A DNA stretch of 64,000 nt, taken from NCBI GenBank assembly GCA_934096705.1, contig CAKOMR010000001.1, positions 53,364 to 117,363 of the forward strand, in the 5' to 3' direction. This document shows, in pieces, positions 10,154 through 19,691 of this stretch. Source of the stretch: an uncultured Bacilli bacterium (GTDB lineage Bacteria; Bacillota_I; Bacilli_A; RF39; UBA660). The position numbers were made by a program, and so were the translations under genes. Within the stretch, counting starts at the first letter, position 1, and each line of letters starts with the position of its first letter. The notes under the pieces were generated by a model. That model made no database searches. It was not told the origin of the DNA and saw nothing but the letters and a program-made list of their open reading frames with translations.

Positions 10154-10275
10154 AAGGACCTTTCCTCATATCATGCACGAAAAGTATAACAAATAATAAA
10201 TGGTGTGTAAAGATATAACTTTTAATATTTAATAATTATTTAGAAAATAGTATACTTAGATAGTAGGTGTAATTT

Positions 10276-10701
10276 ATGAGAAAAGTAAAAAATGTAATTG
10301 GCGTAGCCTTTATTGAAGATGGAAAACTTTTAATTGTAAAAAGTGTCCGTAGTAGTAAAAGTAATGTTTGGACTTTGATTGGCGGGGGCGTTGAAAGTGG
10401 TGAATCAGAAGTTGAGGCTGCTATAAGAGAAGTTAGAGAAGAATTTCATAATGGCTTTGAAATTCAAGAAGAAGATTTAAAACCATTGATGTGTTTTAAA
10501 GAAAGTGCCGCAAGTGACCCAGAACTTGATATAATAATGACTATGTTTTTGTGTAGTAAAAAAATTGATAAAGCATTTTTTACTAATCAAGAAATATTAG
10601 CATATCATTTTTATAAAATAGGGGAAAGTAAGTACAATTTGTCTTCCGCAATAAGAGATCATTTTATTCCTTTTGCAGTTTCTGAAGGATTACTTTACTA
10701 A
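10276..10701 (+). CDS. NUDIX hydrolase
   Basis: Nudix box GGGVESGESEVEAAIREVREEF. Confidence 0.7.
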   Translation: MRKVKNVIGVAFIEDGKLLIVKSVRSSKSNVWTLIGGGVESGESEVEAAIREVREEFHNGFEIQEEDLKPLMCFKESAASDPELDIIMTMFLCSKKIDKAFFTNQEILAYHFYKIGESKYNLSSAIRDHFIPFAVSEGLLY

Positions 10702-10729
10702 AAACTTTCAAAAAATTTAATTTTTAGTC

Positions 10730-10758
10730 TTGCAAGAGTAGGTTTTATATAGTATAAT
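10730..10758 (+). promoter_or_regulatory. Promoter for tRNA-Val/Thr (TTGCAA-17-TATAAT)
   Basis: Near-consensus -35 and -10 hexamers, about 30 nt upstream of tRNA-Val. Confidence 0.5.
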
Positions 10759-10789
10759 CATATTTGTTAGCGGAAATAAGCGCACTGAT

Positions 10790-10866
10790 GGGCGATTAGC
10801 TCAGTTGGTTAGAGCACCTGCCTTACAAGCAGGGGGTCATAGGTTCGAGTCCTATATCGCCCACCA
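10790..10866 (+). tRNA. tRNA-Val (anticodon TAC)
   Basis: Cloverleaf with acceptor gggcgat/atcgccc, anticodon loop cttacaa, T-loop ttcgagt, and encoded CCA. Confidence 0.9.
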
Positions 10867-10871
10867 TTAGT

Positions 10872-10947
10872 GCCGACATAGCGTAACTGGTAGCGCAACT
10901 GACTTGTAATCAGTAGGTTGGGGGTTCGACTCCCTCTGTCGGCACCA
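10872..10947 (+). tRNA. tRNA-Thr (anticodon TGT)
   Basis: Acceptor gccgaca/tgtcggc, anticodon stem actga/tcagt with loop cttgtaa, T-loop ttcgact, and encoded CCA. Confidence 0.9.
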
Positions 10948-10958
10948 TTATAATATAG

Positions 10959-10986
10959 AAAATCCCATATATTTGGGATTTTTTTG
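10959..10986 (+). terminator. Rho-independent terminator after the tRNA pair
   Basis: aaatcccatatatttgggattt hairpin plus a T run. Confidence 0.65.
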
Positions 10987-11223
10987 TGCTTTTATTTCTA
11001 CAAAAGTATGGTAATTTCCATATTTTCTATGTATTCCATGGTATTTTTAATTATATATATTTATCAGTAATTTATGCACTTTCGTTTATAATTTGCGTTT
11101 ATAAAACTAATATGCTTAATTTTTTTGATAGAGTATTGTCTATTTTGTTCTTTTATGTTATAAGTATAGTAGGAGAAGATTGACGCATAGTAAACATATA
11201 TTTTATGTAGAAAGGAGTATATT

Positions 11224-11661
11224 ATGAAATACATAAAAATATCTTTAGTGATATTTGCAATATCATTAACTTTGACTTCATTAAATATTTTTGGATTAGA
11301 TGGTTATGCTAGCTATGCTGCTATCGAAATCCCAGCATTTAGTAGTGAAAAAATAATGGAAACTGGCAATAAAACATATGATGGGTTACAATATTATTTT
11401 AATGCAGGTATAAGAAACACAACAACTGGGCAAAAAGGAAGTATTCAAGTTAAAACGAAGGGATTAACTGGAGTTGCTTCTAATTTAACTACAGGTTTTA
11501 TTACACTTGAGAGTCAACAAACTTCCACTTGGGGAGATAATGTAGAAAATATCTTTATTGGTACTTATCAGATAATTGGAAGAAGAAAGGAATTTACAAT
11601 TACTACTAGTGTACACACTGGAATTTGGTATTTAAATGATAATTTAGTGCCTAAAAATTAA
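11224..11661 (+). CDS. Small secreted protein (Sec signal peptide, Thr/Gly-rich mature region) preceding an ABC transporter
   Basis: MKYIKISLVIFAISLTLTSLNIFG signal and an approximately 115-aa mature part without Cys. RBS GAAAGGAG lies upstream. Confidence 0.4.
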   Translation: MKYIKISLVIFAISLTLTSLNIFGLDGYASYAAIEIPAFSSEKIMETGNKTYDGLQYYFNAGIRNTTTGQKGSIQVKTKGLTGVASNLTTGFITLESQQTSTWGDNVENIFIGTYQIIGRRKEFTITTSVHTGIWYLNDNLVPKN

Positions 11662-11706
11662 ATAGTTGATATTCAGCGTTAATCTTCTTAAAACAAAGGA
11701 ATTTAT

Positions 11707-12603
11707 ATGAAAAATAAAACAATTTTAATATCATTTATAATTATATTATCGATATGTTTTTATAACTGTTTTTCGGCGTATATTAACGATGTTAAGATAA
11801 AAAAACTATATGATAAGGTTGCACTTGAGTGTAAAAGTGAGAATAATACATATTCAGAATATGTTTGTAGTAAAGTCGTAGGTGAAGAAAGAAAAGTCAT
11901 AGATGTTTACACTTTACTTTATAGTTCATTAAATGGTGGATCTGAATTAGTATATTTTTTTCAAATACCAATAATTGTATCTGCAATATGGGTAGTGTCT
12001 AAAGAAATTAGGTCATCATTTGTTAAAAATTATACAATGAGAAAATCTTATAAAGATTATTTTAAGCATTTAATAAAAAAAGCATATGCAGGAATATGGA
12101 TATATCCTACGGTAATGATTTTACTTTTTATATTATGTGTAATACTTTCTGGCAATTTTAATTATCCAATTAATAATAATGGATGGCAGGTTAATTATTT
12201 AGAAAGATTTCCTTCCTTTTATACGGGATTTGTTTTAAATAAACTTTTTTTTAGTATTTTTTACGCTAACTTAGCTTTAATTTTTGCTAAGAAGAATAAA
12301 AGCGTTATCGTGGGTGCTCTTGAGGCAATAATAACTTTTTTTATAATAGGAATTTTTAATGAAACAATTATAGTAGGGTTAATTTTTAAAAAAATTCTTC
12401 ATATTGATTTAAATAGTGGCATAATCAATATTCTTGATTGTTTAGCGTATTTCGAAGTATATAATGACTATTTATATTTACTTGTTAGTATTGTTTATGC
12501 ACTTATTTCTTTTATAGTAGTTTATTTTATGTACAGAAATAAAGAAAAAATGGTAATTAATTGTGAAGAGTTGAGAGGTGGAAAGGAATATTATGAAGAT
12601 TAA
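11707..12603 (+). CDS. Polytopic membrane protein, probable ABC-2-type permease component
   Basis: N-terminal TM, an approximately 60-aa loop, then 5 hydrophobic helices. The gene ends overlapping the start of the ABC ATPase gene. Confidence 0.4.
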   Translation: MKNKTILISFIIILSICFYNCFSAYINDVKIKKLYDKVALECKSENNTYSEYVCSKVVGEERKVIDVYTLLYSSLNGGSELVYFFQIPIIVSAIWVVSKEIRSSFVKNYTMRKSYKDYFKHLIKKAYAGIWIYPTVMILLFILCVILSGNFNYPINNNGWQVNYLERFPSFYTGFVLNKLFFSIFYANLALIFAKKNKSVIVGALEAIITFFIIGIFNETIIVGLIFKKILHIDLNSGIINILDCLAYFEVYNDYLYLLVSIVYALISFIVVYFMYRNKEKMVINCEELRGGKEYYED

Positions 12604-13234
12604 ACTAGAACATGTTACAAAATCATTTAAAGGTATTGAAATAATAAAAGATGTTTCTACTACTTTTGAAAGTGGAAATATTTATGGATTAATAGGAAAA
12701 AATGGTTCAGGAAAAAGTGTATTTTTAAAAATGCTTTGTGGTTTTTATTTTCCTACGAGTGGAAGTATTTATTATAATGATGATAAATTAGATGTTAAAA
12801 ATGATTTCCCTAAAAATACTCGCGCTTTAATTGAAAATCCTGATTTTATTTCTGAATTAACTGGCTATGAAAATTTAAAACTTCTTGCGGATATTCAAAA
12901 TAAGATTGGGGATACTCAAATTTTTGAGGCACTTAAAGTTGTTAATTTATTTGATGAGAAAGATAAAAAATATAGTAAATATTCTCTTGGAATGAAACAA
13001 AAGTTAGGTATAGCTCAGGTAATTATGGAAGACCCTGAAGTTATGATTTTTGATGAGCCATTAAACGGAATTGAAAGTGATACTGCTATAAAATTGCGAA
13101 AATTTTTTATAGAGCAAAAAAATGCTGGTAAGCTTATTATTGTGGCTTCACATATTAAAGATGATATAAATCTTTTATGTGATACAGTTTATAAATTTGA
13201 AAATGGTAAGATATCTTATGAAGAGAATAAATGA
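12593..13234 (+). CDS. ABC transporter ATP-binding protein
   Basis: Walker A GKNGSGKS, signature-like YSLGMKQKLGIA, Walker B MIFDEP. ATG at 12593 with RBS GGTGGAAAGGA is preferred over the longer track start at 12578. Confidence 0.75.
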   Translation: MKIKLEHVTKSFKGIEIIKDVSTTFESGNIYGLIGKNGSGKSVFLKMLCGFYFPTSGSIYYNDDKLDVKNDFPKNTRALIENPDFISELTGYENLKLLADIQNKIGDTQIFEALKVVNLFDEKDKKYSKYSLGMKQKLGIAQVIMEDPEVMIFDEPLNGIESDTAIKLRKFFIEQKNAGKLIIVASHIKDDINLLCDTVYKFENGKISYEENK

Positions 13235-14591
13235 ATTTAAAAGAAATAAAATTTTTATTTTAAATAGTTTGAATGATTATAGATTTAAATTATATTTTTT
13301 GATAATTTTAATTCTTTCAATTTACTGTACGAGTTCTGTATTTAAATCTAATATATTTTTAGAAACTTATTATAGTTTTATAAATAGTTGGGTATTTTTG
13401 GTTTTAAGCTTTGTATTTACTATTGTGACACTTGATTTTTGCAAAAAATATAGTAATAAATATTCACTTATGATTAGGCATAAGAATAAATCTACATTTA
13501 TTAAAAAATTGATTTTTCCATTTTTCATTATTTGCAGTAGTATATTCCTAATTTTTTTATTATTAATATTTTCACTTTTGATAATCAAAAATGGGCCTTT
13601 ACCACATACATTTAAATTTGTTTACGATTTAAATATTTCTTTTTATTTAGTGTATGTAATATTAAGATTTTTTATCTTTTTAATGTTGTTTTCTTTTTTT
13701 ATTTATATGTGTTATTTTTTAGTAGGACCAAATATAACATTTGCAATTTACATTGTGATAAGTTTATTTCAATTTTTTTGTAGTAGTAATAAATTATTTT
13801 TCCCTTATTTTTTAAATGGTTTTTTATATGATAACTTTTTTATGGATTTAACTTATACAGTTGGAAATATACTAGTTTTTGAAGTACTTATTTATTTGAT
13901 ATATAAAAGTTTAAGTTTAAATAAAACTTTTATTGTTGGAAAAATAAAATTCATCTTTTTAAAATCTTTTTATTCTATTAAGAAGAAAATTAAAATTATA
14001 TTGCCAATGCTTATTTCATATATAATATTATTAATTTTTATATTATCTAATTATAAAAATTCTGGCTATTCAAGTGCTAATTTGTTTTATGGAAATATTG
14101 CTGAAACTGATTTATTGTTTTTGTTACAGAAAACAGTAAAAAGTTTTTTGACAATTTATATTGGTTATTATTTTATAGTTTCGGATTTAAATAGGGCAAA
14201 GGAATATCTTTTTTTAAGAATGCAAAAAAAGGACTGGTTTTTATATAAAAATTTATTTTTAACTATATCTATAATAATTTTTAAACTTGCATCTTTTGCT
14301 CTTTACATAATTTTAAAAAGTGTATATCACTATAATGATAGTGTAAATTTCATATTAGTAATTTCCGACTTATTTTACATATTAACTATTATAGAGCTAA
14401 TTTATTTTCTTATTTTTAGTTCTTTTTCTAAAATTAATATTTTAAAAATAATTTTATTCTTGTTATTCACTATTATTTATATTTTAAAAGGATTTTATAT
14501 AGGTCTTCCTTTGATAGTAATTTTATATTTCACATTATTTTTATTAAATTATGTTAAGACTATAAAAGGAAGCAATGTTATTTATTTTTAA
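13218..14591 (+). CDS. Large polytopic membrane protein (about 12 TM), putative permease partner of the ABC ATPase
   Basis: Highly hydrophobic 457 aa. The start overlaps the ATPase stop, which suggests translational coupling. The start choice is uncertain: the track gives 13179, while the ATG at 13218 fits the coupling. Confidence 0.45.
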   Translation: MKRINEFKRNKIFILNSLNDYRFKLYFLIILILSIYCTSSVFKSNIFLETYYSFINSWVFLVLSFVFTIVTLDFCKKYSNKYSLMIRHKNKSTFIKKLIFPFFIICSSIFLIFLLLIFSLLIIKNGPLPHTFKFVYDLNISFYLVYVILRFFIFLMLFSFFIYMCYFLVGPNITFAIYIVISLFQFFCSSNKLFFPYFLNGFLYDNFFMDLTYTVGNILVFEVLIYLIYKSLSLNKTFIVGKIKFIFLKSFYSIKKKIKIILPMLISYIILLIFILSNYKNSGYSSANLFYGNIAETDLLFLLQKTVKSFLTIYIGYYFIVSDLNRAKEYLFLRMQKKDWFLYKNLFLTISIIIFKLASFALYIILKSVYHYNDSVNFILVISDLFYILTIIELIYFLIFSSFSKINILKIILFLLFTIIYILKGFYIGLPLIVILYFTLFLLNYVKTIKGSNVIYF

Positions 14592-14637
14592 AAATATAAT
14601 TTTTATGTTATAATCATTTTAAGAAAAAGGTGATAAG

Positions 14638-15825
14638 GTGGATAAAAAAATTACGATAGGACTATTTAATGACTCATTTTTTCCAATGGCTGATGGCGTT
14701 ATTATGGTTATGGATAATTATGCAAGAAGATTATGTAAATACGCAAATGTTATAGTATTTGTTCCAGAGTATTTAACTAAAAAATATGATGATAGCGTTT
14801 TTCCATATAAAGTTGTTAGATGCCATTCTGTAAAAGTACCATTTTTGGATTATTCAGTCTCTGTTCCTAAAATAGATCCCAAATTTTCAAGAGAACTTAA
14901 TAAGTATAAACTTGATATAGTCCATATTCATTCACCATTTACAATGGGTAAGGCTGGGCTTGCCTATGCTAAAAAACATCATATTCCTTGTATTGCTACA
15001 ATGCATTCACAGTTTAAACTTGATTTTTTAAGAGCGGTAAAATCTGAAAAATTTGCAGATAAATTAACTAGCAATTTAATTAAAACATTTAATAAATGTG
15101 ATGAATGCTGGGCTGTAAATAAAGAGGTAGCAAGAATATATTTTGAAGATTATCACTATAAAACTATGCCTAGAGTAATGAATAATGCTACAGAAATGGT
15201 ACCTGTAGAAAATTATAAAAAGGCATGTGATTATATTAATAAAAAACATCATATTCATTCAAGTGAAAAAGTATTTTTATTTGTTGGCAGAATAAATAAA
15301 TTAAAAAATATATTTTTTATAGCAGATGCAATAAAAGCTTTAACTTTAAAAAATGTTAAATTTAAATTTAAAATGCTTTTTGTGGGAACTGGTCAAGATG
15401 AAGAAAAACTTGTAAGTTATATTCATGAACTTGGTATTGAAAAAAATGTAATAATGGTTGGGAAAATTACAGATAGAAAAGAACTTGCTTGTTATTATGC
15501 AAGAGCAGACTTATTTTTATTCCCATCAGTTTATGATGCATCTTCGATAGTTCAAATAGAATCCGCATCTCAAAAAACGCCAACAATATTTTTAGAAAAT
15601 ACTGCAACAAGTGCAACAGTAACAAATAATGTTAATGGTTTTATTAGTAAACCAACAGTAGGGGCTTTTTCAGATAAAATTATTGAAGTTATGACAGATA
15701 AAAAACTATATGACAAAGTAAGTGAGAACGCTTATATTGATTTATATAAAACTTGGGATAAAACTGTTGATGAAGTATATGATTTATATATAAATTTGAT
15801 TAGTAAAAACCATAAAAAATGTTAA
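14638..15825 (+). CDS. GT4-family glycosyltransferase (glycolipid synthase-like)
   Basis: Two Rossmann halves, DIVHIHSPFTMGKAG...FLFVGRINKLKN...ADLFLFPSVYDASSIVQIESA (E-x7-E region). Confidence 0.7.
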   Translation: MDKKITIGLFNDSFFPMADGVIMVMDNYARRLCKYANVIVFVPEYLTKKYDDSVFPYKVVRCHSVKVPFLDYSVSVPKIDPKFSRELNKYKLDIVHIHSPFTMGKAGLAYAKKHHIPCIATMHSQFKLDFLRAVKSEKFADKLTSNLIKTFNKCDECWAVNKEVARIYFEDYHYKTMPRVMNNATEMVPVENYKKACDYINKKHHIHSSEKVFLFVGRINKLKNIFFIADAIKALTLKNVKFKFKMLFVGTGQDEEKLVSYIHELGIEKNVIMVGKITDRKELACYYARADLFLFPSVYDASSIVQIESASQKTPTIFLENTATSATVTNNVNGFISKPTVGAFSDKIIEVMTDKKLYDKVSENAYIDLYKTWDKTVDEVYDLYINLISKNHKKC

Positions 15826-15872
15826 TAAAAATTAAAAATTTGCAAAAAAATAAAAAAAATGCTAAAAAAGTG

Positions 15873-15901
15873 TTCACAAACCTAATTTTTTATGATAAAA
15901 T
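15873..15901 (+). promoter_or_regulatory. Promoter for the tRNA-Tyr/Gln/Lys cluster (TTCACA-17-TAAAAT with TG extension)
   Basis: tgttcacaaacctaattttttatgataaaat. Confidence 0.4.
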
Positions 15902-15939
15902 CTATTATGTCTTTAGGGAAAGGAAACTTTCTAGTGTTT

Positions 15940-16023
15940 GGAAGGATAGCGAAGTGGCCAAACGCGGCAGACTGTAAATCTGTTCCTTCGGGTTCGATGG
16001 TTCAAATCCATCTCCTTCCACCA
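15940..16023 (+). tRNA. tRNA-Tyr (anticodon GTA), long variable arm
   Basis: Acceptor ggaagga/tccttcc, anticodon loop ctgtaaa, 84 nt with an extra arm, and encoded CCA. Confidence 0.9.
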
Positions 16024-16029
16024 TTTCAT

Positions 16030-16105
16030 TGCCTCGTAGCCAAGTGGCAAGGCATCAGACTTTGACTCTGACATTCCGATGGTTCGAATCCATCCGAGGC
16101 AGCCA
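16030..16105 (+). tRNA. tRNA-Gln (anticodon TTG)
   Basis: Acceptor tgcctcg/cgaggca, anticodon stem tcaga/tctga with loop ctttgac, T-arm gatgg-ttcgaat-ccatc, and encoded CCA. Confidence 0.85.
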
Positions 16106-16115
16106 TTTCAAATAC

Positions 16116-16191
16116 GTCCTGTTAGCTCAGTCGGTAGAGCATTTGACTTTTAATCAAAGGGTCTGGAGTTCGAATCTCCAACAGGACACCA
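16116..16191 (+). tRNA. tRNA-Lys (anticodon TTT)
   Basis: Acceptor gtcctgt/acaggac, anticodon loop cttttaa, T-loop ttcgaat, and encoded CCA. Confidence 0.9.
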
Positions 16192-16199
16192 TTTAAATA

Positions 16200-16224
16200 A
16201 TAATTCCGAAAGGAATTTTTTTTA
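16200..16224 (+). terminator. Rho-independent terminator after the tRNA cluster
   Basis: aattccgaaaggaatt hairpin plus a T8 run. Confidence 0.65.
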
Positions 16225-16282
16225 TGTCTGTTTTTCTTTTATTTTCCTTTAATTTATTGTATAATTTCTATAGGTGGTAATA

Positions 16283-17206
16283 GTGAAAGATGCAAAAGTA
16301 ATTTTCATGGGAACTCCAGATTTTGCTGTCCCAGTTTTAAAATATTTAACTAAAAATACAAATGTCGTTTTAGTAGTTACAAAAAAAGATACTTTTGAAG
16401 GAAGAAAAAAAGTACTTACTTTTTCTCCAGTAAAAAAAGTAGCTTTAGAAAATAATATTGATGTTATTACTCCTGATAAAATAAAAGATGCAGAGGAAAT
16501 AATTGGCGAAATTAATCCTGATATTATAATTACTTGTGCATATGGAAAAATAGTTCCAGAAAGTATTTTAAATATTCCTAAATACGGTTCTATCAATGTA
16601 CATGCTTCATTATTACCAAAATATCGTGGAGCATCTCCGATACAAACTGCAATATTAAATGGTGATGAAAAAACTGGCGTTACAATAATGTACATGGATA
16701 AAGGAATGGATACCGGAGATATAATTTCTATGAAGGAAATATGTATAGATCCTTTAGATGATTATTTAAGCTTAAGTAATAAACTTTCTATTTTAGGAAC
16801 GGATTTATTAAAAGAAACTTTACCAAGTATTTTAAGTGGTGAAAACAAAAGAGTTTGTCAAGATAATGAGAGGGCTAGTTATACAAGACTTATTACTAGA
16901 GACGATGAAAAAATTGATTTTAACAAAAAAGGAAAAGATATAATTAATCAAATAAGAGCATTTTCTCCATCACCTTATGCAAATTTTAATTTAAATGATA
17001 AAGAGATAAAAATTGTTAAAGCATCATTTATTTCTAAAAATGTTAAAGCACCTTATGAAGTAGAAGTAACAAAGTCATCACTTTCTATAACTTGCGCTGA
17101 TGGGATTATAAATCTTGAAATAATTAAACCATTTGGTAAAAATGAAATGAATATTAAATCGTTTTTAAATGGAATAGATAAGGATAAAGTTTATGTTAAT
17201 CATTAA
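16283..17206 (+). CDS. fmt: Methionyl-tRNA formyltransferase
   Basis: KVIFMGTPDFAVPVL start region and SLLPKYRGASPIQTAILNGD. GTG at 16283 is placed 5 nt after AGGTGG; the track start at 16274 overlaps the RBS. Confidence 0.85.
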   Translation: MKDAKVIFMGTPDFAVPVLKYLTKNTNVVLVVTKKDTFEGRKKVLTFSPVKKVALENNIDVITPDKIKDAEEIIGEINPDIIITCAYGKIVPESILNIPKYGSINVHASLLPKYRGASPIQTAILNGDEKTGVTIMYMDKGMDTGDIISMKEICIDPLDDYLSLSNKLSILGTDLLKETLPSILSGENKRVCQDNERASYTRLITRDDEKIDFNKKGKDIINQIRAFSPSPYANFNLNDKEIKIVKASFISKNVKAPYEVEVTKSSLSITCADGIINLEIIKPFGKNEMNIKSFLNGIDKDKVYVNH

Positions 17207-17825
17207 TTATATTAAAAAGAAAAAACCTGACAGTATGTTTATTAAAGTTTGGGAAAATAAAAGATTACATGCATTAATATGTTTAATATTATGGGCTTTA
17301 TTTATTGCTTTTGTACTTCTTATTTTAGGAAGTTTTGAAAAAGATACAAAAATCCCTTCAAATGATAATAAAGTAAATGAAGAAGAAAAAATTATCACGT
17401 TTGATGAAATGAAAGAAAAACTTCTACATAATAAATTTGAGTATAAATATAGTTTATATGTAAATAGTAAAAATATTTTATATTACGGAGTTAAAAATGG
17501 ATTAAATGATTCAGGATATAAAGAAGAAAATGATAAAATAATAAGGTATGTTATCGAAAACGAGAAAGAATATCAACTTATAATGAATACAAAAGTTGAG
17601 GTTAATAATTTATATGAAGATATAGATAAAAATTTTATTGATTTAAATTTTGTATTTTCTTTACTAGATAGTATGAATAAAGAAATTGATGAAGTTACGG
17701 AAAGTTTATATTATAGTAATGCTGAATTAAATGTTAAAATTAAAATTAATTCAGAAAATATTGAATCTATTGATATTTTAAAAGGTAATGATAGTTATTT
17801 TTTAGAATTTAGTAATGTTTTATAA
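17193..17825 (+). CDS. Hypothetical membrane-anchored protein (one TM, Asn/Lys/Glu-rich)
   Basis: TM LHALICLILWALFIAFVLLILGSF followed by a low-complexity domain. It sits between fmt and the rlmN block, where rsmB is often found. The start is uncertain (17193 or 17235). Confidence 0.4.
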   Translation: MLIINYIKKKKPDSMFIKVWENKRLHALICLILWALFIAFVLLILGSFEKDTKIPSNDNKVNEEEKIITFDEMKEKLLHNKFEYKYSLYVNSKNILYYGVKNGLNDSGYKEENDKIIRYVIENEKEYQLIMNTKVEVNNLYEDIDKNFIDLNFVFSLLDSMNKEIDEVTESLYYSNAELNVKIKINSENIESIDILKGNDSYFLEFSNVL

Positions 17826-17838
17826 TAATGGTGATTGT

Positions 17839-18585
17839 ATGAAAAAGTTTATGTTAGTATTTGTTAATTTGCTTACAATGGTAAGAATAATTGGTGTTTT
17901 TATGATTGTTCCAATATTTTTTACATATGGAGGAGTTAGTGCTGCGATTTTGTCAGTTGCATGTTATTTAACTGATTGTATAGATGGCTTTTTAGCAAGA
18001 AAATATCATGTAGCAACATTTTTTGGTAGTATGTTTGATGGCGTTGCCGATAAACTTTTTTCATGTAGTAATCTAATAATTTTATTTAAAGTAACAAGTT
18101 ACTCAATTATTTCTATTATATTTGAAATAGCAATTGTACTTGTACAACTTGTTAAATTTCAAAAAAATGTTAATATTCAATCTTCGAAACTTGGAAAAAT
18201 AAAAACGATTATAATGAGTATCACGGTAATTTTAATTTATTTAATTACTGATATTAAAAAACTTTCTTTTTTAGGAGATAAATTTATAAATTATATATTA
18301 TCCATAAATCCTGATACTTTATATTTCATTTTATTTATCCCACTTTACGTTTTTCAAATTTTAACATTGTATTCATATTTAAAATTTTTAAAAACTTATA
18401 ATTTTAAAGAAGAACATCATGCTCCGAAAGTGGATATTAAATTAAAACCTAAGACATCCATAAAAAATAGATTTGATAATTTCTGTACTTTATGGCTAAA
18501 TAATGAATTTTATGAAAAATATAAAGATTCTCAAGGACTTAGAGAAATACGTAAAAGTATAAAAAATAATGAGAGAGTAAAGTAA
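17839..18585 (+). CDS. CDP-alcohol phosphatidyltransferase family membrane protein (PgsA-like)
   Basis: Motif DCIDGFLARKYHVATFFGSMFDGVADK (D-G-x2-A-R...G-x3-D-x3-D), multi-TM. Confidence 0.6.
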   Translation: MKKFMLVFVNLLTMVRIIGVFMIVPIFFTYGGVSAAILSVACYLTDCIDGFLARKYHVATFFGSMFDGVADKLFSCSNLIILFKVTSYSIISIIFEIAIVLVQLVKFQKNVNIQSSKLGKIKTIIMSITVILIYLITDIKKLSFLGDKFINYILSINPDTLYFILFIPLYVFQILTLYSYLKFLKTYNFKEEHHAPKVDIKLKPKTSIKNRFDNFCTLWLNNEFYEKYKDSQGLREIRKSIKNNERVK

Positions 18586-18626
18586 AAATACTCTTTTTTT
18601 ATAGCAAAATATGATATAATTTTTTT

Positions 18627-19643
18627 ATGACAAATATTTTTAATTATTCAAAAACTCTTTTAGAAGAAAAACTTGTAAGTGATGGATATAAAAAGTTTAT
18701 GGCATCGCAAATTTTTGATTGGATTTATGATAAAAAAGTTTATAACCCAGATATGTTTTCTAATATAAAAAAAGAAAATATTGAGTATATTAAGAAAAAT
18801 TTTAGTTTTGATTTTATTGAAATGGAAAAAGTCGAGGAAGATACTTTAGTAAAAAAATTCTTATTTAAACTTAATGACGGAGAAAAAATCGAATCTGTAT
18901 TAATGGTTCATGATTATGGATTGAGTGTATGTATTTCTTCCCAAGTTGGGTGTAATATGGGCTGTAAATTTTGTGAAAGTGGTAGGCTTAAAAAGGTACG
19001 TAATTTGAAGACTTATGAAATGTTACAGCAAATAATTTTAATTTCTGATTATATAAAAAAGAGAATTGATAGTTGCGTAATTATGGGTATTGGAGAGCCT
19101 TTTGATAATTATGATAATGTAATTAACTTTTTAAAAATAATAAATGACCCAAAAGCCTTAAATATTGGAGCAAGACATATAACTGTGTCAACATGTGGAA
19201 TTGTTCCTAAAATAAAGGAGTTTGCACTTTTACCTTTGCAAGTAAACTTAGCAATTAGTCTTCATGCTCCAAATGATGAAATAAGAAATAAAATAATGCC
19301 AATCAGTAAAGCATATAGTATTAAAGAACTTATGGAGGCACTAGATTATTATTATGAAAAAACAAATCGAAGAATTACTTTTGAATATGTTATGTTAAAA
19401 GGTGTAAATGATTCAAAAGAATGTGCACAAATGCTTGCTAATCTTATTAAAGGAAAAAATGCATATGTAAATTTAATTGCATATAATGAAACTAAAAATA
19501 TTGATTTCAAAGAAAGTCCAAAAAGCACTATTGATGAATTTTACGATGTTTTGAAAAAAAATAATATAGATGTTACTGTCCGCCGTAAATTTGGCAATAA
19601 AATTTCGGCAGCATGTGGACAACTTCGTAGTAAAGAAGTATAG
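18627..19643 (+). CDS. rlmN: 23S rRNA (adenine2503-C2)-methyltransferase RlmN, radical SAM
   Basis: CNMGCKFCESG radical-SAM cluster motif. The C-terminal Cys is in GNKISAACGQL. Confidence 0.85.
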   Translation: MTNIFNYSKTLLEEKLVSDGYKKFMASQIFDWIYDKKVYNPDMFSNIKKENIEYIKKNFSFDFIEMEKVEEDTLVKKFLFKLNDGEKIESVLMVHDYGLSVCISSQVGCNMGCKFCESGRLKKVRNLKTYEMLQQIILISDYIKKRIDSCVIMGIGEPFDNYDNVINFLKIINDPKALNIGARHITVSTCGIVPKIKEFALLPLQVNLAISLHAPNDEIRNKIMPISKAYSIKELMEALDYYYEKTNRRITFEYVMLKGVNDSKECAQMLANLIKGKNAYVNLIAYNETKNIDFKESPKSTIDEFYDVLKKNNIDVTVRRKFGNKISAACGQLRSKEV

Positions 19644-19691
19644 TAAAATAAAAAAAATAATGATATAATGACAAAGAAGATAGGTGATGAA

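Noticed and set aside
10986-11183. 65-aa hydrophobic ORF after the tRNA terminator
   Set aside because: It has no RBS and a low-complexity composition. More likely it is the promoter or leader region of the gene at 11224.
16249-16695. 148-aa minus-strand ORF
   Set aside because: It lies wholly antisense within fmt and is a hydrophobic low-complexity translation of an AT-rich antisense frame. No RBS is present.
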